This document shows positions 23,892 through 34,543 of a stretch of 64,000 nt of DNA, piece after piece. The notes under the pieces were generated by a model, which was given only the letters and a program-made list of their open reading frames with translations, did no database searches and was not told the DNA's origin. A program made the translations under genes and the position numbers. Positions within the stretch are counted from its first letter, which is position 1. Each line of letters starts with the position of its first letter. This DNA comes from Albugo candida (Eukaryota): contig JBDOQK010000022.1 in assembly GCA_040437565.1 (NCBI GenBank), forward strand, positions 1-64,000, read 5' to 3'.

Positions 23892-24209
23892 TCATTTCTG
23901 TGTAAACGATGTGATGTGGTTCAACTTTTCTTTACTTTCAGTCGACATTGTAGACGGTTGTAACAGAAGTTCGGCGAACCTTGCGTTACGTTTCTTTCTC
24001 TGCGCTTGATCCGATGGGATTTGTCGTTCCTTCAGGAATACAAATTAGCAGAAAGAAGCAATTGCAACGCAATACAAATTGGCAGGATCACGCACAATCC
24101 TCTCACGTATCTCATCATCCGACGCTGGCTTCCAAAAACACACTGCAACCGCCGTAGGAACAGTAAACATCGCGACATACTGCAGCAACATCACCGACAC
24201 CTTGACCAT
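23892..24209 (-). CDS. Unannotated 83-aa spliced microprotein with an N-terminal hydrophobic segment (not in the ORF track)
   Basis: Exons 24209-24096 and 24029-23892, with a 66-nt intron GTGCGT..GCTAAT..GAAG. Product: MVKVSVMLLQYVAMFTVPTAVAVCFWKPASDDEIRERIERQIPSDQAQRKKRNARFAELLLQPSTMSTESKEKLNHITSFTQK*. Confidence 0.7.
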
Positions 24210-24326
24210 GATTCAATGTAAAGTACGACTCCTACAATTGTGTGACCCTCTCCACGAATCATGTACCTCCACCTCCAATTATGTCTTTATTCCCGAAATA
24301 GCGTGAGCCACCTGACCTCATTTTGC

Positions 24327-25333
24327 ATGGAAAATTACCAAAAAGTAGAAAAAATCGGTGAAGGAACGTATGGGATCGTGTACAAAGCCAAAGACTTGAA
24401 GTCCGGTCGGATCGTTGCGTTAAAGAAAATCCGTTTGGAATCCGACAATGAGGGCGTCCCATCAACTGCAATGCGCGAAATCTCTCTCCTCAAAGAATTA
24501 TCATCGCATCCCAACATTGTTCGATTATATGAAGTTTTGTATCAAGAAAATAAACTGTATCTCGTGTTCGAGTTTCTGGATTTTGATTTGAAGAAATGTA
24601 TCGAAAAACTACCATCTCGGATGGAATTTCTGCAAATCAAAAGCTATTTATATCAATTACTCGCTGGGATTGCGTTTTGCCACACCAATTGCGTCCTTCA
24701 TCGCGATCTCAAGCCTCAAAATCTGCTCATCGATCAATATGGGAATTTGAAATTGGCAGATTTCGGACTTGCTCGAGCTATTGGCATTCCCATTCGGAGT
24801 TATACCCACGAAGTCGTCACACTTTGGTATCGTGCGCCAGAGATACTTTTAGGCGCCAAACATTACTCGACACCCGTCGACGTGTGGTCTATTGGATGCA
24901 TATTTGCTGAAATGGTCAACAAGCAGCCGCTCTTCCCTGGAGATTCCGAAATCGATGAGCTCTTTAGGATTTTCCGGTGCGTGATGAATGTCTTCGGAAG
25001 GTATGCTAATGTCGCACGAATGTAGCGTCCTTGGAACTCCCGATGAAGTCTTATGGCCCGGCGTTTCCAGCTATCCCGACTACAAGACCACGTTCCCGAA
25101 ATGGAGACCTCGATCATTGGCCAAAGTGGTACCTTACCTCGATCCCGTGGGATTGGATTTGCTTTCGGTACGCGTGAAAAAGTCGATTTTGAAGGTTTTA
25201 CAGTGATACGATGTGATAGAGAATGCTTCAATATGAGCCTGGATGCAGAATTACACCTCGAACGGCAATGGCGCATCCGTGGTTTAATGATTTATTGCAT
25301 CAATACGCACTTCCGAACGATAGAAATTTATAA
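24327..25333 (+). CDS. CDK2: Cyclin-dependent kinase, CDK1/CDK2 type (PSTAMRE)
   Basis: [54 protein letters not shown] and GDSEID. Introns at about 24977-25025 and 25168-25219 restore the C-terminus (AMAHPWFND). Confidence 0.95.
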
Positions 25334-25413
25334 AATGATTTTTTGGAGTTGAAAAAGTTCAGCGATTAAAATCGCTTTTGGGTCGAAAAATCAATAGAAA
25401 ACGATGTAAATGT

Positions 25414-25635
25414 TTACATGTGCTCATTCACGCTTTCTTTTTCTTCTGTGGCGACGTCGAAGCTTTCTGGAGGTGGCTTTTTACGATGTTGATCGATAGA
25501 AATCGCAGGTTTTCGATTCGAAATGGACCTTAAAAACTCATTGAAATTATTTTCTTGCCGAGTCCATTCAGCGGTCTCACGCGAAATCGCTCGTTCTTCC
25601 GTCGGACGCGAAAGTATGCTCAATGTCGTCTCCAT
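25414..25635 (-). CDS. Possible small charged protein or terminal exon of unknown function
   Basis: A 73-aa hydrophilic ORF filling a gap in an otherwise fully packed block; the frame stays open about 22 codons upstream. No recognisable motif. Confidence 0.3.
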   Translation of the reverse strand: METTLSILSRPTEERAISRETAEWTRQENNFNEFLRSISNRKPAISIDQHRKKPPPESFDVATEEKESVNEHM

Positions 25636-25755
25636 CAGTCTTTTTATTTCGCGGTCTTTCTCACTCAGTTTGAGAGTGCAAAAATCAATGGACAGCGTTC
25701 CTTATGGAAATTTCTCAACTAAATTTTCTATGCTTTTTTTTTTAAAGTGTATCGT

Positions 25756-27111
25756 TCAAATTCGTTTCTTCTTTCCCAACTTTTTCTTTGGCACGCGTTC
25801 CGTTGAAATTCCATTCGATTTAAAAGCACAATAGCAAAAAGCTCCAAAAAGTTGCCACATCCAAACAGATGTCATCCACCAAATCGAAAAGCCCACAAGC
25901 GATTGGTACGCAGAAGGGGAAATGAATGTAAATTGTAAAACTTTTCGAATTAGAAATCCAATTTCATTCCCGTCGGAGTCTTTAAATTGCAAATGTGTTT
26001 CTTCACGTAAAGAAAATTCGGTCTTCCACATGAAAGAGACCGCGAGAAGCGCCGTGGAAAGTGCGATATATTGGACGACAAACATGGGTAAGAAATTGTA
26101 ATGGAGCTTTACGTTTGCTTGTATCCGAGCGAGAGAGAGCTGTGTGTTGACTTGAGGCAACGAAGTACTTCTTGGCTCCAGTAGAAACCACTGCGAATGA
26201 AATCGAAAGAGGAACACGCGAAAAAGGACCAACGTCAACACCAACGCGATTCGAAGTCTGTGCCACGTACTTGGATCCATAAAGCGTTGAGCGACGATGG
26301 AAATGAACGACAGCCAACTGAGATTGACCAAAAGCGGCAAAAGTAAATTCAGTGCCAAAAGAAGTGATCGAACGTATCCGATCGATGCGGTGCTTTTTCG
26401 GGTATAAAAATGATAGAATTTAGCCATTTGAAGCGCGGGTTCAAATGATGTGAATGCCAGCAATGCGGCGAAGGCAGATGTCAGTATGACTGCTAGCAGG
26501 TGAATGACATGCGTCCAAAACACTTTTTCCGAATCGGACGGTTGCAATTTCAATTGACGCGATATTTCATCGACTCTTTCACTTAGCTTTTGTATACAAT
26601 TTTCCATATTAAAATCAAACCAAAATGGAGGCGCAAATATCACAAAAAGAGACAAAATGAATCCCAAGACGCTAATTCCAATAGAAATATATTGTTGAGT
26701 GTCATACGTACCGACTCGACTGAATTGAAGTCTGTTCATTTGTATCGGGAACATCAACGCGATTAATAAAAGCGTCCACAATCCGTAAGAAGCAGTCGAT
26801 GGCGCAGTCGTAAATTGACTTTGGAGGTATTGACTCAATGCTGCGGCTATTAGAGACACATTCATTATGACAAAGGACTCGTACATGTCGTAATACGCGA
26901 TTCGCTGAAAGGTTCCATCGGTAGCTCGAATACATTCCCACTTCAGCTGTAAAGCCTTTTGCTTTCCATTCGAATGCTCCACCGCGTCAGGTGGAAGCAG
27001 AATTACCAAATCTTCCAATATGTATGAACTCAGGCTAAAGATTGAACGCAATCGGAACTGAATAAATGCAAAAAGGAGTCCGACAATTACGTCCGCAGAA
27101 AGGAGAGCCAT
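25756..27111 (-). CDS. Multi-pass membrane protein, TMEM161-like
   Basis: 451-aa ORF with many TM segments. The N-terminus MALLSADVIVGLL..FSLSSYIL..PP and C-terminal GFSIWW resemble the TMEM161 family. Lys-rich tail. Confidence 0.7.
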   Translation of the reverse strand: MALLSADVIVGLLFAFIQFRLRSIFSLSSYILEDLVILLPPDAVEHSNGKQKALQLKWECIRATDGTFQRIAYYDMYESFVIMNVSLIAAALSQYLQSQFTTAPSTASYGLWTLLLIALMFPIQMNRLQFSRVGTYDTQQYISIGISVLGFILSLFVIFAPPFWFDFNMENCIQKLSERVDEISRQLKLQPSDSEKVFWTHVIHLLAVILTSAFAALLAFTSFEPALQMAKFYHFYTRKSTASIGYVRSLLLALNLLLPLLVNLSWLSFISIVAQRFMDPSTWHRLRIALVLTLVLFRVFLFRFHSQWFLLEPRSTSLPQVNTQLSLARIQANVKLHYNFLPMFVVQYIALSTALLAVSFMWKTEFSLREETHLQFKDSDGNEIGFLIRKVLQFTFISPSAYQSLVGFSIWWMTSVWMWQLFGAFCYCAFKSNGISTERVPKKKLGKKKRI

Positions 27112-27532
27112 CGGAAAGGATTTTGATTGGGTGTTAAGAACGGGAANNNNNNNNNNNNNNNNNNNNNNNNNNNNNNNNNNNNNNNNNNNNNNNNNNNNNN
27201 NNNNNNNNNNNNNNNNNNNNNNNNNNNNNNNNNNNNNNNNNNNNNNTGTTAAGAACGGGAAAGTAAGATATTATGAAAGTCGGAAACCTTTCTTTCTGAA
27301 GTCTTTTCGTTTTGTTGTTGTGCGCGTCAGAGCGCTGAAACGTCGTAACCTGTGAACTCGTATCGTTCCTATAGCGTTGAGAAACAATCGTTCAAAGCAG
27401 TGACCCCAAACGAGTCATCCGATGCTACAAAATGCGCAGGCAACTTGGGCGCATCTGCGGACAGAATGCACAGTTTGTGGCAAAAACACGCGCGCATTGA
27501 ATACATTCTCTCATTTATATTTTGTTCGGTTT

Positions 27533-28740
27533 TCACTTTTGCGCAAATACATTCGATGCGTCAAAATCGCCAAACGGATCGAATGCATTCGATCGATTTG
27601 TGAGATTCGTTGAAGGCGCTTTTTGCGCGGAAGCAGAGGGAAAGTCTGCAAAACTCGCAAAACTCTCTACCGGCGCATTCGACCATCCCGAAGAATTCTG
27701 ACAATTCGACGGTGCGTCAAAGTTCATCAAATCCACAGGCTTCACCGCGACATCACGTTTCGCTTGTTCAAAGACAGTTTTTGCTGCCATCTTCCCCTTT
27801 ATCGGTGGAAGCGGTTTCTGCTCCAACATTGCCTGACAACAATCCAAAATATGATCAATGTCGGCTCGTTTCTCGACATCGGACGTCAACATGCGCGCAA
27901 TTAAAGTATGAAAATGTCCAGAGTACGGTGAAGTGTCTGGTATCACATATCGATCGGTCCGCAATCCTTCCGGAGGGAATGGCGGTTTGAAGAACGCTAA
28001 TGTGTAGAGAATGCACCCCATTGCCCAAATATCAACAGCTTGTGTCAGTTCTCCAGCTCCGAACATTGCGGTTCCTTCGACATCGGCGAGCTCGGGCGAA
28101 CGATACATCGCTGTTGTTCGTTTCGCGACATGTTCCAATTCTCTTAAACGATCTTCTTTCTTTGTGAGATATTGCGTCCCGATGACACACGAACCGAAAT
28201 CACACAATTTGTACACTTTATTTTTCGCAAGTAAGAAATTCTCAAGTTTGAGATCGCGATGCGCTACCGGAGGCTCTTGATGATGAAGCACCTGCACAGG
28301 ACTGAGATCGCGTCAGATGTGTTTGTAGAGAGGATAGTGACGTACATGCACAGTGATCGGAAAAGTTTAACGACTTCTATCTCGGAGAATCGTTTCGCTT
28401 GCATTTGTTTCATTGTGTCGTAAAGATGTCCGAAAGGGCAGAATTCCATTAATATGAAAACTTCTCGTTCCTCGCGGCCTTTGGAAATGCATTCGGATCC
28501 GTAGAATTCGACAATTTGATTGTGTCGGAAACGCTTATTCATATCGATTTCCGATTGAATCCACGCGAAAGTCGCATTTGTGTCGGCAACGAGTCGTTTG
28601 AGGACCATTGGGGTGCCTGAGGAAAAGTCTTTTACGAGGAAAATGAAGGACGAGCCGCCTTCACCGAGGTACTTTGTGACCTCTATATCAAAGCCTGCAA
28701 TACGAGCACGTCTGCCAATGTGAGCTTGGACATTGCCCAT
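27533..28740 (-). CDS. NAK-family (AAK1/BIKE/GAK-like) Ser/Thr kinase
   Basis: LGEGGSSFIFLV, EVFILMEFC, LHHQEPPVAHRDLKLEN, KLCDFGS, RTTAMYRSPE and DIWAMGCILY. Intron 28302-28345. Starts MG and has a tail containing DPF. Confidence 0.92.
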
Positions 28741-29606
28741 GTTTGCAGGCGTTAGGAAGAGCTATAAGAGTTGAAAATAGAAGCGAACGTGAGACGCGAA
28801 ACGTCGTGATTGCATGGCTATATGTGGTATTTAGAATAGATGGTGAATATAAATGAAGATGACAAATGTATTTGACTCGAGTTAGTGTGTGTATCTTGTA
28901 ATTAGGGATATTTGTAATGGAGACCTGTATAAACACATAAGAAGTGAGGGTTCATGTTGCGGAAAATCAACTTTCATAGGATTGGATGAACGATCACTAA
29001 TTAATTGGGTAAGGTAGGATCAACTTATACACACGTGTGCAATTATTGCGTATACTTCCTCTCAATCATTCGCTCACTGCGAGGGAGTGATTTCGGTTAA
29101 GAAAAGGATTGTACCGACAAGTGGACGGGTATGTGAATGCTTCACCTATAGTATCCGCGGATGACTGGTTGGAGGAGAATACTTCGTGGCTGGGATGGTA
29201 TGACAAGAATGCCTCGAGACGGAGCTGATCCGAAAGCGAACTATCAATGTCGTGCACGAGTTATAGTCTAATAAAACCGAAAGCTCCCCCATGAGCCAAT
29301 CAGCAATCTGCGATCAGTTGACTTGTCACCTCAACCCGGTCTTTTACATTATAAAATCATCCAATCACAAGTGCGTGGCACAACCCACCAATAGTATTTT
29401 AGCCAGTCTTTGCACACTTTGAGGGTTTTGCGTACGTTTCCGTTCTGGTCGCCTCCGCATTGTGGTGACGTAATGGTGCCACCCGCAAACTTGTGTCAGG
29501 AAACTCAGCCACGTACACCTACGCCAATGACAGATCATGGAACAAACCGAGTGAGCTAAAGACATTCTCACTTTTGAATATTCCTACAGCCAAAACGAAA
29601 GCTTTA

Positions 29607-30995
29607 ATGATTTATCCTATCACGCTTGTGCTTGCAAGTTTGCTGCCAACGGGCCGAACTCAGCAGGTCGGAACTCTCCAGCCCGAAAAACATCCCTTAT
29701 TACCGATGAAATTTTGCAATTCAACGGGATGTGAACCCGTTGCAAATACACAAATTGTATTGGACGCTAACTGGCGTTGGGTACACGAACTAAAAGGTTC
29801 TTCGAATTGTTATAAAGGAAACAAGTGGATTTCCCCCTTTTGTGACGATCCAGAAAAATGTGCGTTGAACTGTGCATTGGAAGGAATCGATTACGAGAAA
29901 ACATACGGAATCACAGTTAAAGACTCCGAGTTGAAACTTAACTTTGTTACCAAACACGAGTACGGAACGAATGTGGGTTCGCGGGTTTACATGATGGATT
30001 CGGAAACGAAGTATAAAAATTTCCAATTATTGAACCAAGAGTTTACCTTTGATGTGGACGTTTCCAAACTCACATGCGGGTTGAATGGGGCGCTGTATTT
30101 TGTAGAAATGGATATGGATGGTGGGATCGAACGTGCCAAGACTGGTACCAATACTGCTGGAGCAAAGTATGGAACCGGTTATTGTGACGCACAATGTCCT
30201 CACGATGTCAAGTTTATCGACGGATTCGCGAACGTCGTAAACTGGACAAGTACCAATGAGAATTCGGGTAATGGACAGTCTGGGGCGTGTTGCGCGGAAA
30301 TGGATATCTGGGAGGCAAATGCCATCAGTAATGCGTATACATCACATCCTTGCAGAATAGATGGATTCAAGCGATGTGACAATCCGAAAGATTGCGGTGA
30401 TGGAAAAAATCGGTATAAGGGTTTGTGTGATAAAGACGGGTGCGATTTCAACCCGTTTCGATTGGGAAATCCTGCTTTTTATGGGCTTGGAAATAACTTT
30501 ACAGTCGATACAAACATTCCGATTACAGTTGTGACCCAATTCATCACGAGCAGCGGAACCGCTGAGGGTCAATTAGTCGACATTCGACGCAAATATTATC
30601 AGGGCGGTAAAGAGATTATGTCGCCACCGATAAATGTACCCAACGTCGACCCGTTTACGTCAATCACCGATAAAATGTGCCATCAAGTGAAGAAAGCATT
30701 TGGTGATAAGAATGATCATCGCAGAAAAGGAGGATTGAGAAAGTTGGGTGAGACGTTGCGCAAAGGAATGGTGCTGGCAATGAGCATTTGGGTCGATTAT
30801 GAGGCCAACTGTTTGTGGCTTGATTCATCGTACCCGGCAGACGCGGATCCTACGCTACCTGGAGTGCAACGCGGAACGTGTCCAACAACCAGTGGCATTC
30901 CTGAGGACGTCATAAAAGAGAATCCTTCTGCATCGGTTACCTATTCGAATATACGTTTAGGCGACATTGGAACCACTGTGTCGAATGCTAGATAG
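29607..30995 (+). CDS. Secreted GH7 cellobiohydrolase, canonical type, no CBM1 (GH7-B)
   Basis: ATG 29607 gives signal peptide MIYPITLVLASLLPTGRT followed by QQVGT. Motifs DANWRW, AKYGTGYCDAQCPHD, CCAEMDIWEAN, exo-loop NRYKGLCDKDGCDFN, WLDS and QRGTC. Confidence 0.97.
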   Translation: MIYPITLVLASLLPTGRTQQVGTLQPEKHPLLPMKFCNSTGCEPVANTQIVLDANWRWVHELKGSSNCYKGNKWISPFCDDPEKCALNCALEGIDYEKTYGITVKDSELKLNFVTKHEYGTNVGSRVYMMDSETKYKNFQLLNQEFTFDVDVSKLTCGLNGALYFVEMDMDGGIERAKTGTNTAGAKYGTGYCDAQCPHDVKFIDGFANVVNWTSTNENSGNGQSGACCAEMDIWEANAISNAYTSHPCRIDGFKRCDNPKDCGDGKNRYKGLCDKDGCDFNPFRLGNPAFYGLGNNFTVDTNIPITVVTQFITSSGTAEGQLVDIRRKYYQGGKEIMSPPINVPNVDPFTSITDKMCHQVKKAFGDKNDHRRKGGLRKLGETLRKGMVLAMSIWVDYEANCLWLDSSYPADADPTLPGVQRGTCPTTSGIPEDVIKENPSASVTYSNIRLGDIGTTVSNAR

Positions 30996-31254
30996 TTTTT
31001 TGTATTTTACTTTCTGAAAATACAAAAGCTAGTGAATGTGTTTATTACAATTCATTTTTTTCATATTTGCCAACATTTCTTTTTGACTAAAACGCTGTCG
31101 TTCGTTTTGGGTAGACGTGTTTTTCAGTCAAAAACTTTGTACTAATCACATTCGAAACAAAAACCGTGTCAAAAATGCTAATTTATGTCGTTTTCGCTTA
31201 AGAAACTCGCAAAATTTGCAGTTAAGTCTCGTACCAGAGACTTCGTCTAGATCC

Positions 31255-31625
31255 CAAGTGAACTCAACAATAAATCCTGACATACGAGCACGTCTGCTAA
31301 TGTGAGCTTGGACACTTCCCGTAAGAGAAACGTCGTGATTGCATGGATACATTTGGTATTTAGGATAGATGNNNNNNNNNNNNNNNNNNNNNNNNNNNNN
31401 NNNNNNNNNNNNNNNNNNNNNNNNNNNNNNNNNNNNNNNNNNNNNNNNNNNNNNNNNNNNNNNNNNNNNNNGCTTGGACACTTCCCGTAAGAGAAACGTC
31501 GTGATTGCATGGATACATTTGGTATTTAGGATAGATGATGAATAGAAATGAAGTTGGGAGGACGTATTTGACGCGGATTGGTGTGTATATTTTGTAATCA
31601 AACTATTTGTGACAAAGACCTGCAT
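31255..31625 (-). pseudogene. Decayed copy of the 5' end and promoter of the NAK kinase gene
   Basis: 31282-31314 atacgagcacgtctgctaatgtgagcttggaca matches 28700-28732. The translation VQAHISRRARMSGF compares with kinase VQAHIGRRARIAGF. Similarity continues through 31500-31625 vs 28800-28930. Confidence 0.85.
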
Positions 31626-31908
31626 GTTTTTATAGGCGGTGCTGAGCCCTTATATTTGGGCTACTCAAAATGCAATGCTGCATCGACAGATACACACGTG
31701 TGAGAGTCTTGCGTATAATGAAACCCAAGCACTCACTCGCTACTTGGTGATATTTCGACTCCGACGGTTGCAGATTTTTTTTTGAATTAAACAGTGCAAA
31801 CTGATTCCAACGAGTGGAAAAAGCACTCAAATCGTCACTATCTCCTCATGCTCGCACTATCCCCAGCACACTTAAATCCTCGTAAGGGTACTTTGAAGAG
31901 GATAAAAG

Positions 31909-32804
31909 CGGTATATGCGATCAAAATATGTCGTTCTTCCCACAGACTGGATGTGAATGCATCAACTGACCTAAATATTTGCATGCACAATGATTCACGC
32001 ATGAGGTGATTGAAAACGAGAATTATAAAGAACGAATAGATTGTTGACAGAAGCACTTCGTGAGAGGAGAATGGTCACATTGTCGCTCGAATGTCACAGA
32101 TAAAGACTGTTATGTCGCTCGAATGTCACTGATAAAGACTGTTGTTTCGCACAAGATGATACAGGAAAGATGACAAGTGGCGCACCAGGCCGAATCTGAT
32201 CGAAGCATGAAGGCTGTCGGTCATGTAACAATCATTTCAAATACATCTAACCACAAGTGTGTGACGCAACAACGATCAGTATTTTTTTGAGCCAGTCTTT
32301 ACACACTGAGTTGCATGTGTAACATAACAGGCCGCCCAATTCACGGCGACATAGAATGCAAATCTATAATATTGCGACTGGATCCTAAAATCTGATTGAA
32401 TGCCTGCACGCATAATAATGTGCGGATGAGCTGCTTGAAAACGAGAATTGGCGATTCTCTATTAATGAGTGTCACATTGTCGTACGAATGTACCTCGATA
32501 AGGAAGACTATTTGTCCGATAAGAAATAGAGGAAAGACTGCAATGTCGTACGTGGGTACACTTCCGTTGGAAAGAGTACGCGGAAAGACACCATGATTTA
32601 AGCCACTTTGAGAAGTAACGCAGACACACTTTTACATCCCAATTTCAAATTTATCCAATCACAAGTGTGTGATTCACTCAATATCGATGTCTTAGCCAGT
32701 GCTCAGCCACGTACATGTTCCCGATTGGTAGATCATGAAGCACAACGACTAAGCCACATTCATTCTCACTTTCCAATTTCCTTCAACGCAAAGCAAACAC
32801 TACA
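31909..32804 (+). promoter_or_regulatory. GH7-C upstream region, an inverted near-copy of 4122-5070
   Basis: See the 4122-5070 entry. It includes ATCCAATCACAAGTG (also at about 29359 upstream of GH7-B) and initiator-like CATTCTCACTTT. Confidence 0.85.
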
Positions 32805-34100
32805 ATGGTTTATCGAATCGCACTTGTGCTTGTGGGTTTTCTGCAATCAGGCCTGACCCAGCGGCCCCCGATGGATGTGGAAGTACATCCCATGATGACA
32901 CAACAGGAATGTAACGAATATCAGTGTACTACAGTGAGTGCAGATATCGTCGCGGACATCAATTGGCGTGACCTTCGAACGAGTGATGGAACACAGTGCT
33001 ACATCGGCAACCAATGGAATAGCACTATTTGTTATAACAAAGTGGATGCTTCAGAAGTTTGCATTGCGCAACCTGTAGAGTATGAGAAGTCGCTGGGAAT
33101 AACAACGAACAATGATGCATTGACACTTCGTTTTATCACGAAAACCGAATATGGTATTACAGAGGGCTCGCGGGTCTACGCGTTGGAATCGGAAAATAAG
33201 TATAGAATGTACAATCTGTTGAACAGAGAAATCGCCTTTGACATTGATTTGTCTCAAGTTCCGTGCGGAATGAATGCGGCATTATATTTCTCAGAAATGG
33301 ACTCGGATGGTGGAGTTGGTCGTTCGGGTGATCTAGGTCTAGCTGGACCAAGTTCAGGAAACGGGTATTGTGACGCACAAGGTAATCGGGATAATAAGTT
33401 TGTCAACGGGAAATCTAATTGCAAGGGTTGGATGCCTTACACTGCGTCAATGGGAAGAGGATATCTCGGTGTCTTTTGCTCTGAAATGGATATTTTTGAG
33501 GGAAATAGCAATAGTAATGTGTTCACACCACACGTTTGCGACACATTAGAGTACCAGGTGTGTTATGGTGATGATTGTAAGTTAGACAAGTGTGATAAAG
33601 GTGGGTGTGACTACAACGCGTTTCGCTTGGGGGCACCTTACGCTTACGGAGCTGGAGAAAAGTATTTGATCAATACATTGAATAAGTTTACAGTGCTGAC
33701 CCAATTCATCACGCACGACGGCACGGATACCGGTTTTCTTGTAGCCATTCAACGTGTGTACTATCAAAACAACAATAGGATCGAGTTGCCGATGGTGAAT
33801 GTAACCAATCCAAACTATCCCGGCGGGAAGATCAACGATACTTTTTGCCAAGCGGAAAGAGACGCTTTTCATGAAGTAAACGTGCTAGGGACGAAAGGAG
33901 GATTGGCTCAAATGGGCAGAGCAATGGCCAAAGGAATGGTTATGGTATTCAGTATTTGGGTTGATCATAACACGTCGATGTTGTGGCTTGATTCGACGTT
34001 TCCACCGTATTCAACCAATCCTGGAGCGCAGCGTGGAACCTGCCCACAAGACAGTGGCAAACCCGAAGATCTGATAAATCAGAGCCCGAATGCGTATGTT
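32805..34100 (+). CDS. Secreted GH7, divergent open-cleft-like subtype (GH7-C); last residues lost in the gap
   Basis: Signal peptide MVYRIALVLVGFLQSGLTQ; motifs DINWR, EGSRVY, VPCGMNAALYF, GYCDAQ, catalytic EMDIFE, MLWLDS and QRGTC. The ORF runs into the N gap at 34101. Confidence 0.95.
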
Positions 34101-34543
34101 NNNNNNNNNNNNNNNNNNNNNNNNNNNNNNNNNNNNNNNNNNNNNNNNNNNNNNNNNNNNNNNNNNNNNNNNNNNNNNNNNNNNNNNNNNNNNNNNNNNN
34201 GACTGCTTCTTTAATCTAATGACCTCTACTATGTAATTCAACAAATAATCCGATGATAATGTTTCAAGATGTAGCAGTGGCACCGAGACGAGTACCTCTG
34301 CAAAGGTTATACACTGCAAGCGTGTTTTACTGAAATGAAGAATTGTGCTCTTGATAAAAGACGACATGGACTTTTGAATGAGATCAAGATACACCAGATC
34401 GTGACCAATTGTTTCGTGTATTATATGCCAACGGTTTTGCAAAAGATTTGGGTCGCATTTTTATTGCAAAAAAGTTTATTGATTCTCATTAAGGTAACGT
34501 CATTACCCGATTTCCCTCAATGCATTTCGATCGGCAAAAATGC

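Noticed and set aside
29493-29606. N-terminal extensions from non-ATG starts in the ORF track (GH7-B, desaturase, TatD, GAS8)
   Set aside because: The track uses GTG/TTG starts. Eukaryotic ATG starts and splicing give the expected N-termini.
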